IMG/VR virus record: IMGVR_UViG_3300027857_000012
Span: 1 to 64,000 of that record
Direction: 5' to 3' (one strand)
Length of the DNA stretch: 64,000 nucleotides
DNA from: a virus
Numbering within the stretch: the first letter of the stretch is position 1; each line of letters begins with the position of its first letter. The notes under the pieces were generated by a model, which ran no database searches, was not told the origin of the DNA, and was given only the letters and a program-made list of their open reading frames with translations. The position numbers and the translations under genes were made by a program. Below are positions 46,901 through 57,000 of the stretch, one piece after another.

Positions 46901-48665
46901 TCAAATCATTAGCGGCATCATTGCGATGATTTATGACATTTTTACGGGCAATTGGAAACAACTTCAAAAAGATAATGACACAGTGTGGAATGGCATCATG
47001 ACCGTCATTAAAGGCATCTGGAATGTCATTGTTGGTATTCTCAAAGGAGCATGGGATCTCGTCATCGGAACAGCGTGGGGTTTCATTCAAACTATTATTA
47101 AGTTTTTCCAAAATCTGTCCGATACACTTGTTGGCCATTCAATTGTGCCAGAAATGATTTCAAAACTGATTGCTGTATTCAAAAATCTGTGGGATTCTAT
47201 CGTCTATATTATTGGACAAATTGTGAAATGGGTTGTCGATCAATTCATGTCATTCAGAGATAAAACGATTGCATATTGGAACGCTGTTCAAGCAGGCATT
47301 ACGCTTGTTCTCAAAATGATTCAAAGTATCATTCAAACAGATATTAATTTCATCCTCTCATGGCTTCAAAAACAGTGGACAGCGTTTCAAGCAGGTGTTC
47401 AAACGGCCTGGAATGCTGTCCAAACAATTATTCAAAAAGCTGGAGCTGCTATTTCCTCATGGTTGGGTACATGGATTGCTGGTATGATTGCAAGTGCGAT
47501 TCAATGGGGCACGAATCTCATGAAATCATTTGCGGATGCAATCACAAAAGGAATTGCCAATGTCACAACTGCTGTCACCGGTGTCGCAAACAAAATTAAA
47601 TCCTTCTTGGGTATAGCATCTCCAGCGCAAACAGGACCACTCTCCACATCTGATCAGTGGATGCCGAATTTTATGACAATGCTCGCAAATGGCATCAAGA
47701 TCAATACACCAAAAGTCACATTTGCAATCAATGGTGTCGCCAATCAATTCACACTCCTTACAACAAATGTCAATACATCTGTGAATAACATCAACGCAAA
47801 GATAGGAACGCTTGGCAATAATTTTGGAACAGTCAGTAACACGATTACATCACATATGACACTTCTTGATTCACAGGTCAATCTCTCTGCGAACAATATC
47901 AATCAATCAATGAACGGGATCGGCACGAATGTCATTCGTCTCGGAAAAACTGTTGGTGATGGATATGGATATATTGGGTGGATCGCAACTGTCACAAGTA
48001 CATCCGTCGGACAAACAAATATTGGATTTGCAAAACAACTCAAACACACTACAGATGATGTGATCACGACACAACAAGACTTAGTGACACAAATGCAAGA
48101 TGGATGGAACCAAATGAACGATGGCGGGAAAGCGTGGAATGATCAAATGAATCAATGGTGGGCTGGCGTGGAGAAAACACTCAACGAAAAAACAAAAGGG
48201 ATTCATGACGCGCTGTTCAAATTGGGGGATGATATTAAAACCATGTGGGGCAATCTTGGAACATGGTTGACAGATGCAGGAAGAAATTTCACAAACTGGA
48301 TGCAGGGCATGGTCCAGCAAGCGCAAACAGCGAGTCAACAGGTTGCAATGGCTGTGTCATCTGTGCTCGGCCATAGTAAGCCAAAAATTGGTCCATTGAA
48401 AGATGATGATCTTTGGGGCAAACACATGATGGATAACATTATCTCTGGTATGAAATCACGAATTCCGGAGTTGACATCTGTTGCGAATCAGGCTGCTGGC
48501 ATCGTCTCTGATCGATTTTCTCCATCATTTGCACTCTCAACGGGCTCAACACCAACGAGGCCGATGACGATTTATATGACCATTGATGGTAAAACAGTCG
48601 GAAAAGTCGTCACGAAATATCAAGAAGGTGAACTTCGAGTTCAGGGTGTCATTCGAAGTACCTAG
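43998..48665 (+). CDS. tape measure protein
   Basis: 1555 aa Ala/Gly-rich helical protein, TP901-type N-terminal region, Trp-periodic repeats. Confidence 0.92.
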   Translation: MAGGVAGSIALDLIISAQNNTQAVFMEVGTAIAQLASGNVLGALTAGLAAVSTAFVGAAKDAGDFQQQMELTVTGAGADQRQLAAMSAAVLQMSVDTGTSAKQLAEGLYMINAAGYQGAAGLQVLKASAEGAKAENADLGIVAKDVTGILHDYHLPAEDAVAATNGLVAAVSVGKMHMQDFALSIGTVLPKAAELGVKFPEVAAAVAMMTNSNTTARQAAQNLAFALKSLGAPSGIAIKAMESIGLSAQQVKDMLGTQGLAATLQMIEQHIGKTFPANSYQATEALKEITGGAAGWNVALELGGSNMKDFEKQIKFVTDAMMKGGNAVENWDIIQGEFNFKVSQAQDALQAMMITVGNQLLPILGKMVDWVTQAVIHFTAWEAQTHFVENGLNAIVTAITWLTNGIGTVIDVITQLWTLIQPAFDGMTKSAWTWGHNMMVGFGNGIVSVINDIIAIVQNVAQEIANYLGFASPAKKGPGAELASWGPGLVGGFVEGVANSLPLVANAVAQIAGQFSALGSISTLPTGTPQVSTMIDQLTGDTRKTTVTPNMTRLSTVMSSTAAAGSTMTSSISNGVAGGAGKVATATTALSKSLTDICPKATSASKCAADAMTSGLASKIKSQSPAAQAAAAAHATAVAAAAAKSQDSANARAAQLNADWQKAISESSTQAVQDLVNKSRAEFAKGNIAMAQFYARQALQLAAAQHAEAVKAAAAAAKAGPAPVAGVMGAPGQYPGADALAQNPALAAINDAKKAVTQLNPITSQIKNIWGDVLKFFQQVGVGMSKVGAQIQAAFKAMLPGLQDIWRVVQTQLVPALKELWTAIQPGVALIGQIAGGLVVGGVAFAKWATSASTLKPIWDFLVVTTKIIISILATLISTIADALAPVFKQLSDTFKTQLKPAWDDMIKSIQPTIPFWTMLAHAIGGLLVIAIGVLIALIGGLIKGLGGLLAGIIQAIGGIVQIVSGFIQIISGIIAMIYDIFTGNWKQLQKDNDTVWNGIMTVIKGIWNVIVGILKGAWDLVIGTAWGFIQTIIKFFQNLSDTLVGHSIVPEMISKLIAVFKNLWDSIVYIIGQIVKWVVDQFMSFRDKTIAYWNAVQAGITLVLKMIQSIIQTDINFILSWLQKQWTAFQAGVQTAWNAVQTIIQKAGAAISSWLGTWIAGMIASAIQWGTNLMKSFADAITKGIANVTTAVTGVANKIKSFLGIASPAQTGPLSTSDQWMPNFMTMLANGIKINTPKVTFAINGVANQFTLLTTNVNTSVNNINAKIGTLGNNFGTVSNTITSHMTLLDSQVNLSANNINQSMNGIGTNVIRLGKTVGDGYGYIGWIATVTSTSVGQTNIGFAKQLKHTTDDVITTQQDLVTQMQDGWNQMNDGGKAWNDQMNQWWAGVEKTLNEKTKGIHDALFKLGDDIKTMWGNLGTWLTDAGRNFTNWMQGMVQQAQTASQQVAMAVSSVLGHSKPKIGPLKDDDLWGKHMMDNIISGMKSRIPELTSVANQAAGIVSDRFSPSFALSTGSTPTRPMTIYMTIDGKTVGKVVTKYQEGELRVQGVIRST

Positions 48666-48677
48666 AAAGGAGGAACA

Positions 48678-51600
48678 ATGTCAGCGATTTGCACCATTGG
48701 TGGTGTCGTGTACACGATGATCGAGGATCAACATGATCTCACAAACTCTGTCAATGAACGACAGAGATTTAAGTGTGACATTATTGATTATACAGGCCTT
48801 GCGCATTTTGTCAAAGGTGAACAGATTACGATTACTGATCCTGGCCTTGGTATGGTGTTCAATGGCTTCATTAACTCTGATAAAGAAACGCCACAATATC
48901 CGAGCGGCGCGATTTTGCATGAAATCGATTGTATTGATCAACATTATTTAGCAGACAAACGCACCTATACGCAAACATACGAAACGCCGACACTTGCTGG
49001 AAAAATTGCCGTCGATATGCTCAGCAATGTCTTGCTTGCAGAAGGCATCACACAAAACTTTGCTGTGCAAGATGCTACGACGATGACTGATTGGAATACT
49101 GGGACAAATACTGGCACGATGGGGGCACTCAATGTTGGTGATGGCAATCTTGAACTGCTCACTGCTGGATCGACTGTCACGATCGTTGAAGGAACAACAG
49201 CCCAATTTGCGACAGGCACATTGACCAATATGCAAGCAACAGCAAATCTGCTTGTGCCAACAACAACAAATGCACTTCGACTACAATCAACACTTTCATT
49301 TGCGTATGGCATTGAGTTTGCACAAAGTCTTATTGGTGTCACCGGAACAGCCTCTGGAAATGTGAGTGGGACAGCTTCTGGCACTGTGAGTGGTAATCCT
49401 TCAGGTACAGCCAGCGGATCAATTAGTGTCAGTGGAGGATTGACTCCGTCTGGGACTGTGAGTATTTCCGGAGGTGCACCTGGCGAGTCTGCGTCATTTA
49501 GTGGCTTCTTCGCTGGCATTACATCGACAGGATCAGCATTTCTCTCGACAAGTGAATCATTCAGCACATCGGCAAATTTGGGATTTTCAACATCAGCAAC
49601 ATTTCCAATGACGACAAGTGTCACTGGGCAACCATACCAACCAAAAACAAAAAGTAAAGCAAAAATTGTTGATACCCATTATCATGTTGTCACTGTCGAT
49701 AAAGCTGTTGCTGATAACCGAACCGATGCTATTATTTGGACAGGCAGTCAAGTCATTGGGAGTAACGACACGTTATTTTATGATATTTGGATTGCGTCCA
49801 CCTCGCCGTCAGAAGAAGGCGGTGTCGATCTCTATTTTAGTGATGGAACTACGCTCACTCAATACCTTGGCACACTCCAAAACAATTTTGATGTAGGCGT
49901 GTGGGATCAAAATCTCCTCTCTGTATCACCAATCCAAGATCTCTCAAATGATGCAAAAGATGCATGGTATACACGCCAAATTAATTTGAGCGCTTTATCT
50001 GGCAAAACAGTCACAAGTGTTTCGGTCTTCAATGCAGCCAATATTGCTGGCACATTTGATATTTATGTAAAAAATTGCTACTTAGGAAGTCATTCCGGAT
50101 CACCATTTTTTGGTCCGTCACAAACAGCACCAACACTCAATCCGCCAGTCACAACATCCATTGGAGCCTATATCGTTGCTGCGACGATTGTCACTGTTGT
50201 CGCTGTCTATAATCCGACAATCAGCTCTCGCGTCTCACCCGCGTACAACATCGATCCTGTGAAATTGGTTAAAAATTCGAATATCACGTGGATTTCGTCA
50301 TTGCCAGCAGCTGGGCCTGCATTCGTAACGGGATCTCAAGGATTTCCAACAGTACCTGGCATCTCAAATGTTTTTGTGAGTTACGATGCCACCACATGGC
50401 TTCCTTGTGTCAATAATCAAGCACTTCCTGGCCTCCCCACAGGTGCAAATGTTGCTGGCATGTCACTCTATTTACTTGAAACATTTTCTGGCGGACAAGA
50501 TCCGAGCGCACTTCCAGCGCTCGTCAATGTGACTATTACCATTAATTCAGCGCCAAAAGCGACAACAACAGATATCACAAGCGTGTATGGAACAACATCA
50601 GCATGGAATACGGGTGTTGAATTTGGTGCAGCGCCCAATAGTAATGGTGATCTTGCGCTTGGTATGACATCCTATAATTGGCCGAACTTGACAGGTATGT
50701 CCTTCACACCAGGTAGTGATGTTTCTGGGCACAATCCGACACAAGGAACATCTGGTGGTGTCTATACTGTGTCATCTCCTGGGTATTCTGGTGGTGCATC
50801 GTGGTCCACGTCAAGGTTCAACTTTATTGCGGCAGTACAAGATTTTACCGCTGAAGCTGATTTCGCACTCAATTCTTCAAGTGAAATTCAAAATGAAGTT
50901 GGCTTTCTCTATCGACAAACATACTGGGGATCTCCCAATAACAGTTTCGCATATTACATTCGTGTGATGCGAAACCCAGGAGGAGGTGCAGGTGGTACTG
51001 GCGTCACATTTGGCTATGGCACAAATAACCCTCCATCAAATCCTGGTGGCGGCCCTTCATCTGGCCCATTTACACCTGTAGTTGTGACAAATCAAACAAT
51101 TAACAATGGCACAACATATCACATTAAACTTGTCGTAGGGCAAAATAGACACACTGTGTACTGGAATCATGGATCTTCACCTATTATCGACGTACTCGAT
51201 AACACGTATACAGCACCTGGAAATATTGGTCTCAGGACGTATCACTACAGTACTAATTCTGGTTCTGGGAAAATCTCGAATTTCACTGTGACAAATACAT
51301 TTGCTGGCGTGTGGACATCACCATCCATTAATCTTAATAGCCTCGGGACATGCGGTGCAACCCAGGTTTCATGGTCAGAAGTGAACCTCGTTGGGACACA
51401 GCAAGCTACAGCGATTGCGATGGCGTCACTCGACGGTGGATCAACATGGCAACAGTGTACAAATGGATCTGTCGTTCCAGCAGCGATTATTCCTGGTCTT
51501 CAAGTTGGCACAAACGTTGTCGGCAAATCACTCAAAATTCAATTGATTCTTGCGGCGACATCGCTGTTGACAAGTCCGATCATTCAAGGCCTCTATGTTC

Positions 51601-52157
51601 GTGTCTGTGGTGCGTATCCTGGTGCATCAGGTAATCGAAGCACAGCGCCGCTCGGGAATGATCTCATGATTCGAGCAAATCAATCAGGATGGGGCACTGC
51701 CTTCGATGGACAAACATGGGTCAAGGTGGGCACTGGTACTGATGCGATCGTAAGTAATGAAGGCTCGATCGCTAATACAACAGGTGATGTGCATGAAGTG
51801 CTTGGTAGTCGCACATGGACTGATCTTGATGGCACGGTTCGTTTTCAACTTTCAGCGGCAACGATCTCAGCTGGCATCGAGTTGCGCTACACTGATGCGA
51901 ACAACTTTTATCGATTACAGGTTTCAACGACAACTGTAACCATTCTCAAGAAAGAAGTCGGTGTCACAACAACACTCGCCACTGTTCCAATCACTGTCAC
52001 AACGGGTGTGTGGTGGCGTATGCGGTTTCGCGTTTTTGGAACAGCGCAACCAATTTTACAAGGCAATGTGTGGCTTGATGGCACACTTGAACCAACAATT
52101 CATCCGACAACTGGGTTTTGGGATAACACACTCTGGACAATTGTCACGGCTGACTAA
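48678..52157 (+). CDS. tail tip protein A: N-terminal part of hub/Tal-like protein plus carbohydrate-binding-like domains
   Basis: directly after TMP; VFNGFI...EIDCID.HYLADKR..LL.EGI then beta-rich inserts. Confidence 0.7.
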   Translation: MSAICTIGGVVYTMIEDQHDLTNSVNERQRFKCDIIDYTGLAHFVKGEQITITDPGLGMVFNGFINSDKETPQYPSGAILHEIDCIDQHYLADKRTYTQTYETPTLAGKIAVDMLSNVLLAEGITQNFAVQDATTMTDWNTGTNTGTMGALNVGDGNLELLTAGSTVTIVEGTTAQFATGTLTNMQATANLLVPTTTNALRLQSTLSFAYGIEFAQSLIGVTGTASGNVSGTASGTVSGNPSGTASGSISVSGGLTPSGTVSISGGAPGESASFSGFFAGITSTGSAFLSTSESFSTSANLGFSTSATFPMTTSVTGQPYQPKTKSKAKIVDTHYHVVTVDKAVADNRTDAIIWTGSQVIGSNDTLFYDIWIASTSPSEEGGVDLYFSDGTTLTQYLGTLQNNFDVGVWDQNLLSVSPIQDLSNDAKDAWYTRQINLSALSGKTVTSVSVFNAANIAGTFDIYVKNCYLGSHSGSPFFGPSQTAPTLNPPVTTSIGAYIVAATIVTVVAVYNPTISSRVSPAYNIDPVKLVKNSNITWISSLPAAGPAFVTGSQGFPTVPGISNVFVSYDATTWLPCVNNQALPGLPTGANVAGMSLYLLETFSGGQDPSALPALVNVTITINSAPKATTTDITSVYGTTSAWNTGVEFGAAPNSNGDLALGMTSYNWPNLTGMSFTPGSDVSGHNPTQGTSGGVYTVSSPGYSGGASWSTSRFNFIAAVQDFTAEADFALNSSSEIQNEVGFLYRQTYWGSPNNSFAYYIRVMRNPGGGAGGTGVTFGYGTNNPPSNPGGGPSSGPFTPVVVTNQTINNGTTYHIKLVVGQNRHTVYWNHGSSPIIDVLDNTYTAPGNIGLRTYHYSTNSGSGKISNFTVTNTFAGVWTSPSINLNSLGTCGATQVSWSEVNLVGTQQATAIAMASLDGGSTWQQCTNGSVVPAAIIPGLQVGTNVVGKSLKIQLILAATSLLTSPIIQGLYVRVCGAYPGASGNRSTAPLGNDLMIRANQSGWGTAFDGQTWVKVGTGTDAIVSNEGSIANTTGDVHEVLGSRTWTDLDGTVRFQLSAATISAGIELRYTDANNFYRLQVSTTTVTILKKEVGVTTTLATVPITVTTGVWWRMRFRVFGTAQPILQGNVWLDGTLEPTIHPTTGFWDNTLWTIVTAD

Positions 52158-52267
52158 CAAAAACAAACAATGTGTTGTTAAGAATTAGCAACTTTTTCAG
52201 TAATAATTGACAAAATTTTCTGCAAGATTTGCTAATCATCAACAATGATTTTAACAAGGAGATAGAA

Positions 52268-53026
52268 ATGGCTGACTACACGACTATTAATATGCAATAC
52301 AATACCGGAACAGATGCCTCGCCAACATGGACTGGAACTGCGATTGCACTTAGTGGTAGCGCAGGCGCAAACGAACTCCGTATGGCGATTACAGGTGGAG
52401 GAACATCCATTGCATCTGCGTCATGGCCGTTTATGGCCAAACCAGTATCAGGCACGACCGCGGTCACATCACTCTATGCATATACAGCAGACACAACGGG
52501 GTCGCAGGTTGCAACCTATACTGGCGACAATACGAAAGCGAGAGTGCTCCGCTGGAACTTCGACAATACTGGAAACCCAGTGACAGTCATGCAGGTCGGG
52601 TTTTTCGCGAATAACACACACACCGCGCCAAGCGCAGGGACACAACCTCCTGGCACAAACAATGATGCATTTACGAATGGTCAGTCGAGTGACACATCAA
52701 GTACGAGTTATATCAAATTCAATTTGTATGGTTCTGGACTGACTGCTGGTGGGTCACAAGAAACGCCTGCAGCTGGCACTGTTGGGACCGCTCCAACAGC
52801 CACAACAGGCACAGCTGGAAGCGTCACAACAACAGCTGGCAACTGGTTAAACGCTAATGCTGCATGGCAATCAGGGCAGGGGTTCACACAATATATCACA
52901 GGAGTTGCGATTCCACAAACGGCCACGGCATTCAACTGGTATATGACATGGGTCATTTTTATTGGTGCGAATATCACGGCTGGGACATGGACACCCGTAT
53001 GCACACTCCAATATTCATATTCATAG
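52268..53026 (+). CDS. Thr/Gly-rich virion protein
   Basis: AAGGAG RBS; ends TLQYSYS, as many tail-associated proteins do. Confidence 0.65.
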   Translation: MADYTTINMQYNTGTDASPTWTGTAIALSGSAGANELRMAITGGGTSIASASWPFMAKPVSGTTAVTSLYAYTADTTGSQVATYTGDNTKARVLRWNFDNTGNPVTVMQVGFFANNTHTAPSAGTQPPGTNNDAFTNGQSSDTSSTSYIKFNLYGSGLTAGGSQETPAAGTVGTAPTATTGTAGSVTTTAGNWLNANAAWQSGQGFTQYITGVAIPQTATAFNWYMTWVIFIGANITAGTWTPVCTLQYSYS

Positions 53027-53037
53027 AATGAGGCACT

Positions 53038-53622
53038 ATGGGACTTATTGAAGACTTACTTGGGTGTCCGCTTTATGATATTACTCGCCCATATTGGGCT
53101 GTCAAACTATCAACAGGAGAATGGATTTGTGAAGCAAGGTTAAAAACAGATGTGTATCGAGGCACAGAACGGCCGTTTGATTGGTCAAATGACCTTGTCG
53201 CAAATGATGATGTGCTCAAAATCATACAACTATGGTTACTCTGCCCAGCAAGTCCTCGATCACCATTTGGAAATACAGCACGATTAACCATCGAAGAACC
53301 AGGTACAGCATTCCAATTCAAAGTCGGATCAGTTGAAAGCGCTATCGTGACATCAACGAAAACATTTCAGGCACAAATTATCGGAAAAGTAACAAACAAA
53401 GAGACTGGTGATTGTGATGTGTTCATTTGGGATGAAATACAACGAGGACTCATTACGCCAACAACATACATATATGATTCAAAAACTCGAAGTGCAAAAC
53501 GTGATGCGAATGGAACATTAATTCGAGCTGGACAGACAAACGTGTATAACTTTCACTCATGGAGAGAAGGTATTGCACCTCTTGGTCAACTCGAATTAAA
53601 AACAGTCGGAATTCACATTTAG
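53038..53622 (+). CDS. hypothetical protein (possible fibre chaperone)
   Basis: GAGG RBS, 194 aa. Confidence 0.65.
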   Translation: MGLIEDLLGCPLYDITRPYWAVKLSTGEWICEARLKTDVYRGTERPFDWSNDLVANDDVLKIIQLWLLCPASPRSPFGNTARLTIEEPGTAFQFKVGSVESAIVTSTKTFQAQIIGKVTNKETGDCDVFIWDEIQRGLITPTTYIYDSKTRSAKRDANGTLIRAGQTNVYNFHSWREGIAPLGQLELKTVGIHI

Positions 53623-53635
53623 AAAGGCGTAACAT

Positions 53636-53980
53636 ATGACAACAACATGCAGTACAGTGCTCAGTCAAACGTTTAACAATTCTTCAACATGGTCATCAGG
53701 GCATCTCACTGTTGGTACATTTTTCGAATTAACACTTGATATCACATTTTCCAGTTTCACGCAAAATGTATTTATTACAGTCAGTCGTGTTGATATAGCC
53801 GGCAATTTGATTCAAATTTGGGGGACAGAAGAAGTACCACCTGGCCCTATTCAAGAATCACCTGATTTTGGACCAAGTTTTGCCTATGCATGTACAAGAA
53901 CGTGGGGCAATACACTCCAAATTGATATCACGACAACTGGCACATTTACTGGATCCTTAAGCCTTCAAGGCAAAGGATAA
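53636..53980 (+). CDS. small beta-rich virion protein
   Basis: GAAAGG RBS, 114 aa. Confidence 0.6.
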   Translation: MTTTCSTVLSQTFNNSSTWSSGHLTVGTFFELTLDITFSSFTQNVFITVSRVDIAGNLIQIWGTEEVPPGPIQESPDFGPSFAYACTRTWGNTLQIDITTTGTFTGSLSLQGKG

Positions 53981-54000
53981 ATCATCAAAGGTAATATCTT

Positions 54001-57000
54001 ATGAGTACAGCACTTACAGTCTACATGCAGGAAGTCAATGCTTCCTCGACACTCAGTACTGCAAATGCGCTCATCGAAAATGGAACAACTGGCGCCTCAA
54101 ATACCAATAAAAACTCGACTATTGCAAGTGGCACGACTGGGTGGGGAGAAATCTTTGCTCAAGGCACGTCAAACGCGTGGGGCGCTGGTGGTTCTGCTCC
54201 AAGTCCTAGCGGTAATGGGTGGCTCGATGATGGGACCACTCTTGTTGGAAATCATTTTGACACTGGCACGTGGACCGCGACCGTCAAAATGAATATGGGG
54301 TCTGGCTCAGTCACTGCCGACATTCATGTAAGAGCATATCAACGAAGCAGTGGCGGTGTCTACACACTCATTGCTGATATGCTTGCAAGCGCACAATCAA
54401 TCACTACATCATCGAGTGTTTTTACATGCACTGCATCGAGTGTTGCTGCATCAAACGCATTTGTCACAGGTGATAAACTCTATGTTGACGTTCTCCTCAA
54501 TATCACAGCTTCATCATCCGGCACAACAATTAAAATACAAGAATCAAGTAGTGGAACACAAGGATATACGAATGCGCAGGTCGTATCACCTGGTTATTTA
54601 GCGAGTACACAGATTGACAAAGATGTTGTTCTTCGTGCTCGAATTCAAGCGCTCGTTAACAAAGATGTTCGACTCCGCGGACGACTCCAACAACTTGTCA
54701 CCAAAGACATTCAACTCCGCGGAAATGTTGGATTTGCTGCAAAAAAAGATGTTACACTTCGTGGCCGCATTCAACAACTGACCACCAAAGATATTCAACT
54801 TCGTGGTCGTCTGCAACAACTGACCACCAAAGATATTCAACTTCGTGGTCGTATTGATATTCTCAGCACAAGAGACATTCGTACTCGAGGTATCGTTGCT
54901 GCCTCAAGTGTCAGAGATGTTCAAATGCGCGGACGTATTCGAGTCCTTGTCAATAAAGATCTTGGACTTCGAGGCCGCCCAGTCACCACTGTTCCAAAAG
55001 ATATCGCACTTCGAGCGAACGTGACATCACAACCACTTGCAAGTGGCGGATTTACTATTTTTGCGAATGGCACTGGCACAGCGCTTTATGATAGTGTTCG
55101 CATTACACAATATCCTGATCCATCATTGAGTCTCTCGCCCATTGTGCCTCGTCTTGGCACAACCAATGTCACGTGGAATGAAACAATTTCACTCAATACC
55201 ACATTTGGAATTGACGTTTCACTTGATGGTGTCAACTGGACAGATGTAACAGCCACGAATGGTGCAAGCATTCCAGGACTCTATTCTCAAACTGATCCAG
55301 TCATTGATGGATTCGATATTGATTCAAGTGCGAACTACTTGGCAACATCTGGATTCATTGGACAAGATAGCTTTGTTGGACGTACTGTCTCGAATGGATT
55401 TGGCACGAGCATTGATGGAAATACGTGGACCATTCTCGGCGGCACGGCATCTGGACTGTCTGTGAGTGGAGGAAATGCGATTGTCGCACAAGGTGCTGGG
55501 AATAGTACGCTGAAATTCGGCACACTCACAGCAAGTGACACACAAACAACACTTTTCTGCACATTTGGGTCTTCAACAGACATTGTGGGTCTTGATATTC
55601 GAGCAACAAACTATGGAGCCAATACACTATACCGACTCAAAGTTACACCAACAACATTCACAATTGAACGACATAACGCTGGTGTCGTCACAACACTAAC
55701 AACAATTTCAGTGAGTCTCTCTACAAGTGTTGAATATGGGCTTCGTTTTCAAGTGCTTGGAAGCCTCCTCTCAGCTCGATATTGGCTTGAAAATACTCCA
55801 GAGCCAACAACATGGCAAATTAATGTAACAGATCCATCTCCACTTGTTGGTGCTGGAAACGTGGGTGTCTTTGCACTTGCAAATTCTGCGACGAGTATTC
55901 TCCTTGATACGTATGGCGTCATTGATTTGTCACGCAACGCAACATGGACATATGACACTGCAAACAGTCGTCTTATTGCGACAGGAGGTACAGAAGGCCT
56001 CTATATCTATACACTCATCTCACGCCCAGATGTCGATTTTTTCATTGATCTTGACCGAGCAGATGCTGGTGGAGCAGTATGGAGATATGCTGATCAAGGA
56101 AATTATTATTATCTTTTGATCACTGATAGTCTTTCAAGCACAGGATTCCGAAACACAGTAACAATTTATCGTGTTGCTAATAATGTTCAGACACAACTTG
56201 CAACTGCAGCAATCACATACACTGTTGGTTCTGCAAGTAGTTCGTATACAGCAACATTCACTCGAGGGACATTCCACCGTTTCCGAGTGACAATGCTCCT
56301 CAATGTCATCACTGTTTATATTGATGGAAATATACTCATCACATATACTGACACAACACCACTTAGCACTGGCATGATGGGTCTTTACACAAATGGTGGC
56401 TTGATTGGAAGCCGTTTCTACATGCTTTGGATGCAACCAGATGGAGATCTTGTCACTGGTACACCCAATTACGATATTGTGACTGGAAAATTCGTCTATA
56501 CACGTGTCCGTCTCACAACAACAGATCCTGGTCAAACACCACAAACACAAGATCTTACAGTGTTAGCGACGACAGCAAGTATTCAAGCAGGAGCACTTAT
56601 TCCAAGTGTCACATACACAGCAACATCTGTCGCGAAAAATTTTGATGATCTTGCGAAACAGAGTAACTATTCATGGTTCATCGATCAAAATAAAGTCTTT
56701 AATTTTCGATCACGCGCAGCATTTGCGTCACCATGGATTTTGCAATCGTCACCATACGGACTTGTGCCAGTGAATGACATTGAAGTCACGTCGAATTTCG
56801 AACTCGATGTTGGTAATGATCTCTATCGAAATCGACAAACGATTCTAGGAGCGCTTGACACACAACTTTTCACTGAAACAAATGTCGGTGATGGAAGTAC
56901 ACGAACATTCCCACTTGGATACGAAGTTGGGGCGCAACCTACTGTCTTTGTAAATGGTGTTCCGCAAACGGTAGGTGTAAAAGGATCAGCAGGATTCAAT

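Noticed and set aside
49330-49630. SGTASG-type low-complexity stretch as a diversity-generating retroelement target
   Set aside because: No reverse transcriptase in the window and no template/variable repeat pair differing at adenines was seen; it looks like a simple Ser/Gly/Thr repeat.
52158-55023. Self-splicing intron or intein explaining the split tail gene
   Set aside because: No homing endonuclease, maturase, intein motifs or recognisable group I/II ends; the intervening genes look structural.
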